From: Pseudomonadota bacterium
GTDB taxonomy: Bacteria; Pseudomonadota; Gammaproteobacteria; Xanthomonadales; Xanthomonadaceae
DNA length: 64,000 bases
Assembly: GCA_023399815.1 (NCBI GenBank)
Contig: JAEWOJ010000018.1
Coordinates: 6,454-70,453, forward strand
Direction of reading: 5' to 3'
Position 1 is the stretch's first letter, and the number at the start of each line of letters is the position of its first letter. Of the stretch, positions 22,309 through 32,830 are shown one piece after another. The notes below the pieces were generated by a model. The model made no database searches. It had not been told where the DNA came from and saw only the letters and a list, made by a program, of their open reading frames with translations. The translations under genes were made by a program, and so were the position numbers.

Positions 22309-22424
22309 CGTCATCCCCGCGAAGGCGAGGATCGCTTTTCGGCAATGGATTCCAGTGACTTTGCCGTTGATTCTTCCGGCAGAGCACGAACAGCAAGAGC
22401 GATTCCCGCCACGGCGGGAATGAC
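22309..22424. repeat. CGTC-type REP doublet containing a dRS3-like ATTCCC-N8-GGGAAT
   Basis: CGTCATCCCCGCGAAGGCGAGGATCGCT ... AGCGATTCCCGCCACGGCGGGAATGAC imperfect inverted pair. Confidence 0.75.
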
Positions 22425-22432
22425 AGCCGGAA

Positions 22433-22717
22433 ATGTCCCTCAAAATCAACGAGCTCTGCGTCAACTGCGACGTCTGTGAGCCAGCCTGCCCTAACAAGGC
22501 AATCTCGATGGGCGAGACGATCTACGTGATCGACCCGGCCCGTTGCACCGAATGCGTCGGTCATTTCGATGAGCCGCAATGCGTGGTGGTGTGCCCGGTC
22601 GAGTGCATCGACCCGGACCCGGACATTCCCGAAACCCACGACCAGCTGCTGGCCAAGCTGCACACGCTGCAGCGCGACCACCCCGAACTGTACGAACCGG
22701 AGACTCCCTCGGCATGA
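22433..22717 (+). CDS. yfhL: YfhL-family 2x[4Fe-4S] ferredoxin
   Basis: CVNCDVCEPACP and CTECVGH...CVVVCPVECI. Confidence 0.93.
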   Translation: MSLKINELCVNCDVCEPACPNKAISMGETIYVIDPARCTECVGHFDEPQCVVVCPVECIDPDPDIPETHDQLLAKLHTLQRDHPELYEPETPSA

Positions 22718-24471
22718 AACGTTTCGCGCGTTCCTTCCTGTTGTTTGCGCTGGTGCTGGCACCGGCGGCGTGGGCGGCAGAGACACCGCAGCAGACACCA
22801 CCGCAGGCGCCGGCCGCGCACCCCGATGGCGCGGCGATCGCCAGCGGCCACGAGCTGGCGACCAAGGCCGGCATGGAAATCCTGGCCAAGGGCGGCAACG
22901 CGTTCGATGCGGCCGTGGCGGTGTCGTCCACGCTGGCCGTGGTCGAGCCGATCAGCTCCGGCCTGGGCGGCGGCGGCCTGTTCATGCTGCACGACGCGCG
23001 TACCGGCAAGGACGTGATGCTCGACGCGCGCGAGACCTCGCCCGCCTCGGCCACGCCGGAGCGCTTCCTGGACAGGAACGGCGAACTGGACCGCGACCGC
23101 TCGGTCAACGGCCCGTGGTCGGCCGGCATCCCCGGCCTGCCGGCGATGCTGGTGCAGGTCGCGCGCGAGCACGGCCGCCTGTCGCTGTCCGAATCGCTGG
23201 CGCCGGCCATCCGCATCGCCACCGAGGGCTTCCCGGTGTACGCGCGCATGGCGCGCGGCTATGCCGCGCGGCGCGAGGTGATGGAACGCTATCCCGGCAC
23301 GCGCGAGGTCTATCTGCGCAATGGCCGTCCCATCGCCGAGGGCGACATCTTCAGGCAGCCGGAGCTGGCGCATACCCTGCGGCTGCTGGCCGACAAGGGC
23401 TTCGACGGTTTCTATCGGGGTGAAACCGCGAAGAAGCTGCTGGCCGGCGTGAAGAAGGCCGGCGGCCAGTGGACCGCCGAGGAACTGGCCGGCTACACGG
23501 TCAAGGCGCGCGAGCCGATCGTGTTCGACTACCGCGGCTGGAAGATCACCACTGCGCCGCCGCCGTCCTCCGGCGGCATCGCGCTGGCCTCCATGCTGCA
23601 GATCCTGGAAGGCTGGGACCTGTCCACGCTGGACGACGCCCACCGCACCCACCTGGTGGTGGAGGCGATGCGCCGCGCCTACCGCGACCGCACCTTCTTC
23701 CTCGGCGACCCGGATTTTGTGCAGATCCCGCAGAAGGTGCTGACCAGCCACGACTACGCGCAGGGCCTGCGCGCGACCATCCATCCGGAGAAGGCCACGC
23801 CGAGCGACCTGCTGTCGGGCAAGCCGACGCCGCTGGAGGACGACGAGACCACGCACTTCTCGATCATCGATGGCGAGGGCAACCGCGTCGGCGCCACGCA
23901 GACGGTGAACCTGCTGTACGGCTCGGGCTTCATCCCGGCCGGCACCGGCGTGCTGCTCAACAACGAGATGGACGACTTCGCGCTGAAGCCGGGCACGCCC
24001 AACGCGTTCGGCGTGATGGGCTACGAGGCCAACGCGCCGAAGCCGGGCAAGCGCATGCTCAGCTCGATGACGCCGACCTTCATGGAGAATGCCGACAAGG
24101 TCATCGTGATCGGCACGCCGGGCGGCAGCCGCATCATCACCATGGTGCTGCTGGGCATCCTCGGCTACGACGCCGGACTGGACGCGCAGCAGGTCGCGGC
24201 GCTGCCGCGCTACCACCACCAGTGGCTGCCGGACGAGATCTCGGCCGAGAGCGGCGCGTTCACCCCGGAAGTAGCCCGGCAGCTGCAGGCCATGGGCCAC
24301 AAGGTCGACCTGCCCGGCGACAGCGCCGACGGCGGACGCGGTTCCAGCCACGTCTGGGGCAACCTGCAGACGGTGGAATGGGACCGCCGCAGCAACACCC
24401 TCAGCGGCGGCAGCGACCCGCGCAACCCGGTGGGCAGTGCCGAGGTGAGCAGGAACACGCAGGGCAACTGA
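22714..24471 (+). CDS. ggt: Gamma-glutamyltranspeptidase
   Basis: Signal peptide; GGNAFDAAVA, PPPSSGG, ETTHFS, LNNEMDDF, GTPGG. Confidence 0.96.
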   Translation: MKRFARSFLLFALVLAPAAWAAETPQQTPPQAPAAHPDGAAIASGHELATKAGMEILAKGGNAFDAAVAVSSTLAVVEPISSGLGGGGLFMLHDARTGKDVMLDARETSPASATPERFLDRNGELDRDRSVNGPWSAGIPGLPAMLVQVAREHGRLSLSESLAPAIRIATEGFPVYARMARGYAARREVMERYPGTREVYLRNGRPIAEGDIFRQPELAHTLRLLADKGFDGFYRGETAKKLLAGVKKAGGQWTAEELAGYTVKAREPIVFDYRGWKITTAPPPSSGGIALASMLQILEGWDLSTLDDAHRTHLVVEAMRRAYRDRTFFLGDPDFVQIPQKVLTSHDYAQGLRATIHPEKATPSDLLSGKPTPLEDDETTHFSIIDGEGNRVGATQTVNLLYGSGFIPAGTGVLLNNEMDDFALKPGTPNAFGVMGYEANAPKPGKRMLSSMTPTFMENADKVIVIGTPGGSRIITMVLLGILGYDAGLDAQQVAALPRYHHQWLPDEISAESGAFTPEVARQLQAMGHKVDLPGDSADGGRGSSHVWGNLQTVEWDRRSNTLSGGSDPRNPVGSAEVSRNTQGN

Positions 24472-24487
24472 TTAAGCCTCCCACATA

Positions 24488-24750
24488 GCCCCTCTCCCTG
24501 CGGGGCGAGAAGGCACGGCTTGCGCGCCACTGGCGCGCGTGCCTTGGAGCGCCCACGCCGCTGGCGTGGGCCGGGGCGCGGAGCGGGGGTTGGGATGGGG
24601 GCGATGGAGTCCAGATGCTCCAGGCATCGCCGATCCCGTTTGCCCTCATCCGCCCTTCGGGCACCTTCTCCCGGAGGGAGAAGGGAAGAGACAAAGCCCT
24701 CTCCCCTCGGGAGAGGGGTTGGGGAGAGGGCGATGGAGTCCAGATGATCC
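24488..24750 (-). repeat. Composite BoxC-like element copy 5 with module X (~24506-24585) plus an adjacent partial copy (24695-24750)
   Basis: Arms match copy 3; GCGATGGAGTCCAGATG is repeated at ~24601 and ~24730. Confidence 0.88.
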
Positions 24751-24845
24751 AGCACCGTCGGCCATGGAAAAGGCAGCGCTGCGCGCCCATAAGTTCCCCG
24801 CGACGCCTTGCGAATATTTAACGCGGCGGCGGTAGAATTTTTCAC

Positions 24846-25736
<891 letters not shown>

Positions 25737-26039
25737 AGTGACTTCCGGTACCCCCGCACGGGTAGTGGCGTAGACCGCTCGCCGCGGAAACCCCGCCTGG
25801 GCTAGTGACCGATGAGCAGCGCGTAGCTGGTATCTCCCGGTTCGGCGTCATGGCTCGCCAGTGAGCGTAATGCAACGCTCAACGATGGTATGAGCTTCAG
25901 CCTCGTACCGTGAAAGCCGATGATCGAGCCGCGCTTGGGGCAGCGGCTTGCCGCCACGGTGCGCGGCGCGGCGGCGGAGTGTCGTGAGAGATTGGGCGGC
26001 GGCGCGGGCCCGCCGCAGTCATCTGAGCAAGTCAACCAG

Positions 26040-26387
26040 CTATGGGGCATCTTCAGGCAGCAAAAGATCACGCTTTTCTGCCCACTTCAACATTGCATCC
26101 AGGGCTGGACACAACGATTGCCCCCAGTCCGTCAATCGGTATTCAACCTTGGGAGGGACTTGTGGATACAGCTTGCGAGCCACGATTCCATCAGCCTCCA
26201 GCTGCCGCAGCTGCTGAGCCAGCATCTTCTGAGAGATGCCAGGAATGAGTTTTTCGAAGTCAGAGTAGCGCTGCACTTTGCCGTCAAACAGGTGGAAAAT
26301 GATGGTGAGCTTCCATCGTCCTTCCAGCAGCCGGAGCACTTCTTCCACGCCGATGGCCGCACTCGCAGGGGTGTATTCCTTTCCCAT
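26040..26387 (-). CDS. HxlR-family winged-HTH regulator
   Basis: GRWKLTII, GISQKMLAQQLRQLEADG, VPPKVEYRLT. Confidence 0.92.
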   Translation of the reverse strand: MGKEYTPASAAIGVEEVLRLLEGRWKLTIIFHLFDGKVQRYSDFEKLIPGISQKMLAQQLRQLEADGIVARKLYPQVPPKVEYRLTDWGQSLCPALDAMLKWAEKRDLLLPEDAP

Positions 26388-26566
26388 GGGTATGTAGCTT
26401 ACTTTTCAGTGCGTTCTTGATGGTTTGGAAGTTTATAAGAAAATACCTGTACGGCAACTCCGCCCAAGGCTTCACCCAAGATGCTTCGGCCAAGGATGGT
26501 GGGTGGCCTTGAAGCCGCGCGGTGGAGTTGTGACTTTAGGGCCCGAGCAAAAGGACAGGACTGAAT

Positions 26567-26890
26567 ATGCTTGATTTGCCAAAACCGATTGCTGATTACT
26601 TTTTGGCTGATAGAGGTGGCGCCGAGGCTGTTGCTCGGTGCTTTACCGAAAATGCCGTCGTGAAAGACGAGGGGCGGAATTATAACGGACGAATCGAAAT
26701 TGCACGCTGGAAAAAGGAATCCTCGACGAAATACCAATACACTTGCGAACCGATCGCGATCATTGAGGCTGAAGGAAAAATAATCGTTACCGGACATTTG
26801 GTCGGCAATTTCCCGGGCAGTCCTGTTGATCTTCGATATTTCTTCGAACTGGAAAACGGAAAAATCGCTGCACTGGAGACGGCTCAATGA
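26567..26890 (+). CDS. SnoaL/NTF2-like protein
   Basis: [33 protein letters not shown]. Confidence 0.85.
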   Translation: MLDLPKPIADYFLADRGGAEAVARCFTENAVVKDEGRNYNGRIEIARWKKESSTKYQYTCEPIAIIEAEGKIIVTGHLVGNFPGSPVDLRYFFELENGKIAALETAQ

Positions 26891-27669
26891 GCTTTGGTCT
26901 TGATCTCGACGGCAAGCGTGCATTGGTCAGCGGCGGAACTCAAGGCGTCGGTGCTGCGGTTGTTGCAACGCTGCTGGATGCTGGCGTACGCGTGCTCACG
27001 TCAGCACGTTCGGTTCCGTCTGAATCGGTTGCAGGGCCACTGTATATTGCCGCCGACCTTGCAACGGCGGAAGGCTGCGAGATGGTCGCTGAGGCAGTCA
27101 AGACACGGCTTGGAGGCATCGACATCATCGTCAATGTTCTAGGCGGCTCCGATGCACCCCCAGGGGGATTTTCCGCGTTGAGCGACGACGAGTGGACCAA
27201 GGCGTTTGACCGGAATCTCATGCCGGCCGTTCGACTTGATCGTGCGTTGCTGCCACTGATGCTCGAACAGAAATCAGGTGTCATCGTTCATGTGACGTCG
27301 ATCCAGAGCAAGCTGCCGCTTCCCGAATCCACAACAGCCTATGCTGCAGCAAAGGCGGCACTTTCAACGTACAGCAAAAGTCTTGCGAAAGAGGTTGCGC
27401 CAAAGGGTGTTCGGGTTGTGCGCGTCTCCCCGGGCTGGATCGAGACTGAAGCCGCCGTGCGCATGGCCCAGCGTCTAGCTGACGAAGCCTGCACGGACTA
27501 CGAGGGTGGCAAGCAGATCATCATGAAGGGGCTGGGCGGCATACCGCTCGGCCGGCCTGCCAAGCCCCAGGAAGTCGCGGATTTGATTGCCTTCCTCGTA
27601 TCGTCGCGCGCGAGCGGCATCACGGGCGCCGAATATGTGATTGACGGAGGCACCATTCCCACTGCTTAG
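26887..27669 (+). CDS. SDR-family oxidoreductase
   Basis: [13 protein letters not shown] catalytic motif, [12 protein letters not shown] overlap with the upstream gene. Confidence 0.93.
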   Translation: MSFGLDLDGKRALVSGGTQGVGAAVVATLLDAGVRVLTSARSVPSESVAGPLYIAADLATAEGCEMVAEAVKTRLGGIDIIVNVLGGSDAPPGGFSALSDDEWTKAFDRNLMPAVRLDRALLPLMLEQKSGVIVHVTSIQSKLPLPESTTAYAAAKAALSTYSKSLAKEVAPKGVRVVRVSPGWIETEAAVRMAQRLADEACTDYEGGKQIIMKGLGGIPLGRPAKPQEVADLIAFLVSSRASGITGAEYVIDGGTIPTA

Positions 27670-27827
27670 CTGCCGCCTGCTTGTCTTCTATTGGTGTTGC
27701 GCGCCGCGCCAGCGGGCCGGCGGAATTTCCGTCGACGCCGATCCATCATCGAGCCCGCAAGGTAACGGAAGTCACGCCGCATTTGGCCTGGCGTGAGTAC
27801 ACGCATGGTCCTCGTTGAGGGAAATAG

Positions 27828-28060
27828 ATGGAGCTACGGTACTTGCGTTGCTTCTTGACTGTCGCTGAAGAACTCCATTTCGCCCGTGCAGCGGAACGGC
27901 TCCATATCGAACAATCTCCGCTGTCGCGGACGATCAAGGAACTGGAGGAAGATCTTGGCGTGCGGCTGTTCATCCGCAACTCGCGCAGCACGCGCCTATC
28001 GCGTGCCGGGCAGGTCTTCATGAGCATGTGCCGCGCATCTTCACCGCCTTGCAGGCAAGC
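27828..28060 (+). pseudogene. Frameshifted, truncated LysR regulator (HTH only)
   Basis: MELRYLRCFLTVAEELHFARAAERLHIEQSPLSR...; frameshift at ~28022, EHVPRIFTALQ continues in another frame, then similarity is lost. Confidence 0.8.
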
Positions 28061-28165
28061 AGGGCGGACGGTGCATGGTGCGGCTCCTGGCGTGGATGGC
28101 GGGCGCAGGCATCGCTCCGTGCTGGAGCAAGCCGCCGTGAAGCCGCGGTGCGGTGCTTCAGTGCT

Positions 28166-28798
28166 TCAGTGCATCCGGGTACCGAAGATGCGGTCGCCGG
28201 CATCGCCCAGGCCCGGCAGGATGTAGCCCTTGTCGTTGAGGCGTTCGTCGATGGCCGCGGTGTAGATCTCCACGTCCGGGTGCGCCGCCTCGACCGCGCG
28301 CAGGCCCTCGGGCGCGGCGACCAGGAAGATGCCCTTGATGCGGCGCGCACCGGCGCGCTTGAGCATGTCGATGGTGGCGATCAGGGTGCCGCCGGTGGCG
28401 AGCATCGGGTCCAGGATCAGCGCGTCGCGTTCTTCCAGGCGGCCGGTCAGGCGCTCGAAGTAGGGCACCGGCTGCAGGGTCTCCTCGTCGCGCTGCAGCC
28501 CGACCACGCTCACGCGCGCGGCCGGGATCAGCGACAGCACGCCGTTGAGCATGCCCAGCCCGGCGCGGAGGATCGGCACCAGGGTGATCTTGGCGCCGGC
28601 GATGCGCCGCACCGTGACCGGGCCGGCCCAGCCCTCCATCGTGCACGACTCGGTTTCCAGGTCGGCGGTGGCCTCGTAGGCGAGCAGGCTGCCCAGCTCG
28701 TCGGTCAGCTCGCGGAACTCCTTGGTACTGAGCGAGGCCTGCCGCATCAGGCCGATCTTGTGCTGGACGAGGGGGTGGCGGACTTCGACGATCTTCAT
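28166..28798 (-). CDS. upp: Uracil phosphoribosyltransferase
   Basis: [35 protein letters not shown]. Confidence 0.98.
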   Translation of the reverse strand: MKIVEVRHPLVQHKIGLMRQASLSTKEFRELTDELGSLLAYEATADLETESCTMEGWAGPVTVRRIAGAKITLVPILRAGLGMLNGVLSLIPAARVSVVGLQRDEETLQPVPYFERLTGRLEERDALILDPMLATGGTLIATIDMLKRAGARRIKGIFLVAAPEGLRAVEAAHPDVEIYTAAIDERLNDKGYILPGLGDAGDRIFGTRMH

Positions 28799-29469
28799 GG
28801 CGGCCTGGGCGGTGGGAGTGCGGGAAGTCTGCACCAGAACCTGCCGTCTCCACAAAGCGAAGCCGGCGAGTGGCCGGCTTCCCGCCATGCGGCGGCGCCG
28901 GCCGGAACGCCCGACGCATCACTGGCGGGTAGCTGGGGCCGGCTTCCTCGGTTTCCGGTTCGTGCTCGTCGTACTTGCGGCCGAACTGGCCGTCGAGATT
29001 GTCGAACTTGCGGAAGAGCCCATCCCTGGAAGCATCCAGCAGGCTGGCCGTGCCCAGGCGCACGGACGGTCCTGCCGAAGCGCTTCTCGACGAACATCCA
29101 CGTGGTCGTCTCACCGTCAAATCGCCGAGGAGAGGGCGGCTGCAGGCATCGCTCTGCTTGCGGCAGGGGATTCCGACGCTTGGCCGCTAGCGATCGCAGG
29201 TCGTGGATGAAGCCGGCATCGTTCCGGTTGTTCGATCGAATCCCCTGGCTGCCGCGCGTTGCGGCGATCGTGGCAAGCGCAGGGCCGGCAGCGCAGCGAC
29301 AGCCGTCAACCTTCCGCGCTCCCGCGGATGCGGCTGCCGCGGCCGGCCCCTATACTCGCCGCGACCGCCACGCCCGCCGTTCCAGCGGAACCCGGCTGGC
29401 CGACGGGCGGGACATCGGCCGACAGGCATCGCCGGTGGCGATGCCGGGCAACCACCAGGGAGGAACGTC

Positions 29470-29952
29470 ATGCGCGCAGGCAGGATCCGGATCGCGATGG
29501 GAGCAGCGCTGCTGCTGGTCGCGGTGGCATGGAGCGCGGCGGCACAGCCGCCGCTGGAAGAAGAACTGGTCAATCCGTCCGAGGTCGTCTTCGAGAACGG
29601 CCAGCCCTACGTGTACGCCGACGGCGGCATGCAGGCGCTGCGGACCCGGCAGCAGGGCGGCGAGACGCTCTACTACCGCATGGTCCGCTACGACCCGCAG
29701 GAAGGCTACGTGACCGGGGGCGATACCGGCGCCACCGTGGCGGCCAGTCCGCAGCCCTTCGCGGTGCCGTCGCCGACGCCGATGCGCTATTACGGGCAGG
29801 GGCACCTGTACCGCCCGGATTTCTACAACAGTCCGTACAACCGCGACGCGCGCCAGCGCTACTCGGGGCCGGGCTATTTCGGCAGCTGCAGCCGCTACGA
29901 CGGCTGCAAGGAAGTGCAGGTCGTGCCGCTGTGGCCATACGGCCGCTATTGA
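29470..29952 (+). CDS. Hypothetical exported protein (Tyr/Gly/Pro-rich)
   Basis: GGAGG RBS, signal peptide ending AAA-Q, host-like codons, downstream hairpin. Confidence 0.75.
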   Translation: MRAGRIRIAMGAALLLVAVAWSAAAQPPLEEELVNPSEVVFENGQPYVYADGGMQALRTRQQGGETLYYRMVRYDPQEGYVTGGDTGATVAASPQPFAVPSPTPMRYYGQGHLYRPDFYNSPYNRDARQRYSGPGYFGSCSRYDGCKEVQVVPLWPYGRY

Positions 29953-29976
29953 CCGTGACCGCCAACCGGCGATGAC

Positions 29977-30004
29977 GAAACGGCGGCCAGGGGCCGCCGT
30001 TTCC
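29977..30004. terminator. Hairpin terminator between convergent genes
   Basis: GAAACGGCGGCC-AGG-GGCCGCCGTTTC. Confidence 0.7.
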
Positions 30005-30024
30005 GTTCCAGCCGCGACGATGGC

Positions 30025-31047
30025 TCAGGCGCCGAGCGCTTCGAGCACGCGCAGTTCCGGGATGTCCAGGCCGCGCTGGCAATACGGCTGCTCGCGGTCG
30101 GCCAGGTGCTTGGCGTTGGGACACTGCAGCAGCATGTAGTTGGCGTCGAAGTTGAGCTTCTCCACGAGGAAATCGACGAAGGCGCGCACCTTGGGCGAGA
30201 CCATGCCGCCGCCGGCGAACACCGCGCTGAAGTCGTAGTCCGGCCCGGTCCAGCCGGCCAGCACGCGGCGCAGCATGCCCGATTCGATGAAGGGCTTGGC
30301 CATCACGTCGCTGCTGAGCATCAGCCCTTCGCCGGCCACCAGCATCGGGTTCAGCGCGGCGGTGTCGTTGGCGACCAGCAGCGGGTTGACCGGGAATTCC
30401 TGCATCTGCCCGCCGTCCTCGGCCAGCGACCAGACGAAGCGGTTGTTCTGGTTCTGGCGCTGTTTGCGTATCGCCAGCGTGCGGTGGTACTGCAGTTCGT
30501 CCGGATGGCGCGGCTCGCCATGGCGCTGGATATAGGCGGGGCTGGCGAATACCTGCGTGCGCAGGTTGCCGAGCTTGCGCGCGATCAGGTTGGAATCGGG
30601 CAGGGGGCCGATGCGCAGGGCCAGGTCGGTCTCGCCGGAGATCAGGTCCAGCATCTCGTTGCCCAGGTGCATGTCCACGCGGATTTCCGGGTACTGCGCC
30701 TGGAACTGGCCCAGCAGCGGCGCGATCCAGGTGGTGCCCACCGAATAGGGAACGGTGAAGCGCAGCCAGCCGCGCGGCCCGGACTGCAGCTGGCTGACCG
30801 CGCTCTCGGCCTGCTCGAGCTCGCGCGCGATGCGCTGGCAATGCTCGTAATAGACGGTGCCGGCCTCGGTCAGGCCCAGGCGGCGCGTGGTCCGGTGCAG
30901 CAGGCGCGCGCCCAGCCGTTCCTCCAGTTCCTGCACCTTGCGGCTGACGGTGGTCTTGGGTTGGCCGAGCAGGCGCGCGGCGGCGGTGAAGCTGCCCTGT
31001 TCGACCACTTTCACGAAGATCAGGGTGTCGTTGAGATCGTTGGCCAT
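30025..31047 (-). CDS. LysR regulator divergent from the RND operon (SmeRv-like)
   Basis: N-terminal LysR HTH (SFTAAA...TTVSRKV..LEERLG.RLLHRTTR) and CrgA-like effector domain. Confidence 0.9.
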   Translation of the reverse strand: MANDLNDTLIFVKVVEQGSFTAAARLLGQPKTTVSRKVQELEERLGARLLHRTTRRLGLTEAGTVYYEHCQRIARELEQAESAVSQLQSGPRGWLRFTVPYSVGTTWIAPLLGQFQAQYPEIRVDMHLGNEMLDLISGETDLALRIGPLPDSNLIARKLGNLRTQVFASPAYIQRHGEPRHPDELQYHRTLAIRKQRQNQNNRFVWSLAEDGGQMQEFPVNPLLVANDTAALNPMLVAGEGLMLSSDVMAKPFIESGMLRRVLAGWTGPDYDFSAVFAGGGMVSPKVRAFVDFLVEKLNFDANYMLLQCPNAKHLADREQPYCQRGLDIPELRVLEALGA

Positions 31048-31609
31048 GGGGGAAGGCTCATGCGGCAGCGGGATTGTGCCGGCGACGGGACGATTATTCC
31101 CTTCAATTCGTACTAATCAAGTATGGATTAGGGGCGTAACTTGGCCGCCTCCGCCCAGAACGGATTCGCAGCCATGCGCCTGCACCCCCTTCCCGGTTTC
31201 CTGCCGACGCGCCGGGCGCCAGCATTCTCCCATGCCGATCACCGCTCCAGGCGGGACAACGGCTTGAATCCACTGTACTTCGCCGCGCTGCGGACGGCAC
31301 GCGCGCCAACGGCCGCGGCGGCGTTCCGGTCCCTGTTCCGGCGGCTGACTGCGTTCCTAGGAACGGCGTTTGTCCCGCCAGCGGGAGAAAAATTTCCGTG
31401 AGCGGGACAGTGAACCCGTCCGGGCGATCCGCGCGCGGGCGTGTTTCTCCAGTATCTGCGCGGATGCGCGTGCCATTCCCGCGTCCGGTTCCCGTTTCCA
31501 CCGGCCGCTGACGCCGGCTGTCAGCTGCCCCACCGCATGCCGCGGACCCCGCCCGGCGACACGGGCATGGCCGCCATGCCGAATTTCTCTCCCCCCTTGG
31601 ATGCATGAC

Positions 31610-32830
31610 ATGAAAGGTATCTCCAGTTCTCCCCGAATCGCGCGACGTCTCGCCCTGACCGGCATGTCGGCGCTCGCCATCGCCATCCTCGCTGCCTGCA
31701 GCGGCGGCCACGCCCAGGAAGCCGCCGCTCCGCCGGCGCCGGAAGTCAGCGCCGCGCCGGTGCTGGTCAAGCAGGTCAGCCAGTGGGATGAGTTCAGCGG
31801 CCGCGTCGAGGCGGTGCAGAGCGTGGAGCTGCGCCCGCGCGTGTCCGGCTACATCGACAAGGTCAACTACATCGAAGGCCAGGAGGTGAAGAAGGGCGAC
31901 GTCCTGTTCACCATCGACGCGCGCAGCTACCAGGCCGAATACGACCGCGCCCGCGCCGAACTGGCGCGGGCCCGCACCCAGGCCGCGCTGGCGCACAGTG
32001 AGTCCGAGCGCGCCCGCCGCCTGGCCGAGCAGCAGGCCATCGCTGCCGAGACCGCCGAGCAGCGCCGCGCCGCCGCCGACCAGGCCGGCGCCGCGGTGCA
32101 GGCCGCGCAGGCGGCGCTGGATGCGGCGCGCCTCAACCTGGAGTTCACCAGGGTGCGCGCGCCGATCGACGGCCGCGCCGGCCGCGCGATGGTCACCGCC
32201 GGCAACCTGGTCACCGCCGGCGACAGCGCCAGCGTGCTGACCACGCTGGTGTCGCTGGACACCGTGTTCGTCTACTTCGATGCCGACGAGGGCACTTTCC
32301 TGCGTTATGCGCGGATGGCGCGCACCGGCGAGCGCCCGAGCGAACGCGACGGGGCGTTGCCGGTGAAGGTGGCGCTGAGCGGCGAAGAAGGCTTCCCGCA
32401 CGAAGGCAAGGTCGATTTCCTCGACAACCAGGTCGCCCGCAGCACAGGCACCATCGGCGTGCGCGCGCTGCTGGACAACCGCGACCGCCAGTTCACGCCG
32501 GGCCTGTTCGCGCGCGTGCGCCTGCTTGGCAGCGGCGAGTTCCAGGCCATGCTGATCGACGACAAGGCGGTGCTGACCGACCAGGACCGCAAGTACGTGT
32601 ACGTGGTCGACAAGGACGGCAAGGCGCAGCGCCGCGACGTCGTGCTCGGCCGCGGCGCCGAGGGCCTGCGCATCGTCGAGGCCGGGCTGGCGCCGGGCGA
32701 CAAGGTGATCGTCGACGGCGTGCAGAAGGTGTTCATGCCCGGCATGCCGGTGCAGGCCAAGGCGGTGGCGATGCAGCGTCCGCCGGCCGCCGCGCTTGGC
32801 GTCGGCCGCGATGCCACCGCGCTGAACTGA
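31610..32830 (+). CDS. smeV: RND membrane fusion lipoprotein (SmeV/MexE-like)
   Basis: Lipobox LAAC; WDEFSGR, RPRVSGYI, RAPIDG; start could be 31601. Confidence 0.85.
   Translation: MKGISSSPRIARRLALTGMSALAIAILAACSGGHAQEAAAPPAPEVSAAPVLVKQVSQWDEFSGRVEAVQSVELRPRVSGYIDKVNYIEGQEVKKGDVLFTIDARSYQAEYDRARAELARARTQAALAHSESERARRLAEQQAIAAETAEQRRAAADQAGAAVQAAQAALDAARLNLEFTRVRAPIDGRAGRAMVTAGNLVTAGDSASVLTTLVSLDTVFVYFDADEGTFLRYARMARTGERPSERDGALPVKVALSGEEGFPHEGKVDFLDNQVARSTGTIGVRALLDNRDRQFTPGLFARVRLLGSGEFQAMLIDDKAVLTDQDRKYVYVVDKDGKAQRRDVVLGRGAEGLRIVEAGLAPGDKVIVDGVQKVFMPGMPVQAKAVAMQRPPAAALGVGRDATALN

Larger units (their letters stand above)
25760..28160. mobile_element. Small horizontally acquired insert, probable ICE cargo remnant (boundaries approximate)
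   Basis: Visibly more AT-rich with non-host codon use; ends in a broken ICE-type LysR gene; no integrase or att repeats seen. Confidence 0.55.

Noticed and set aside
25802..26071. 89 aa minus-strand ORF at the left edge of the insert
   Set aside because: No RBS or recognisable motif and it overlaps the HxlR gene end; at most a fragment
28154..28172. GTGCTTCA tandem as an att site or target duplication of the low-GC insert
   Set aside because: No convincing matching copy at the left boundary near 25740
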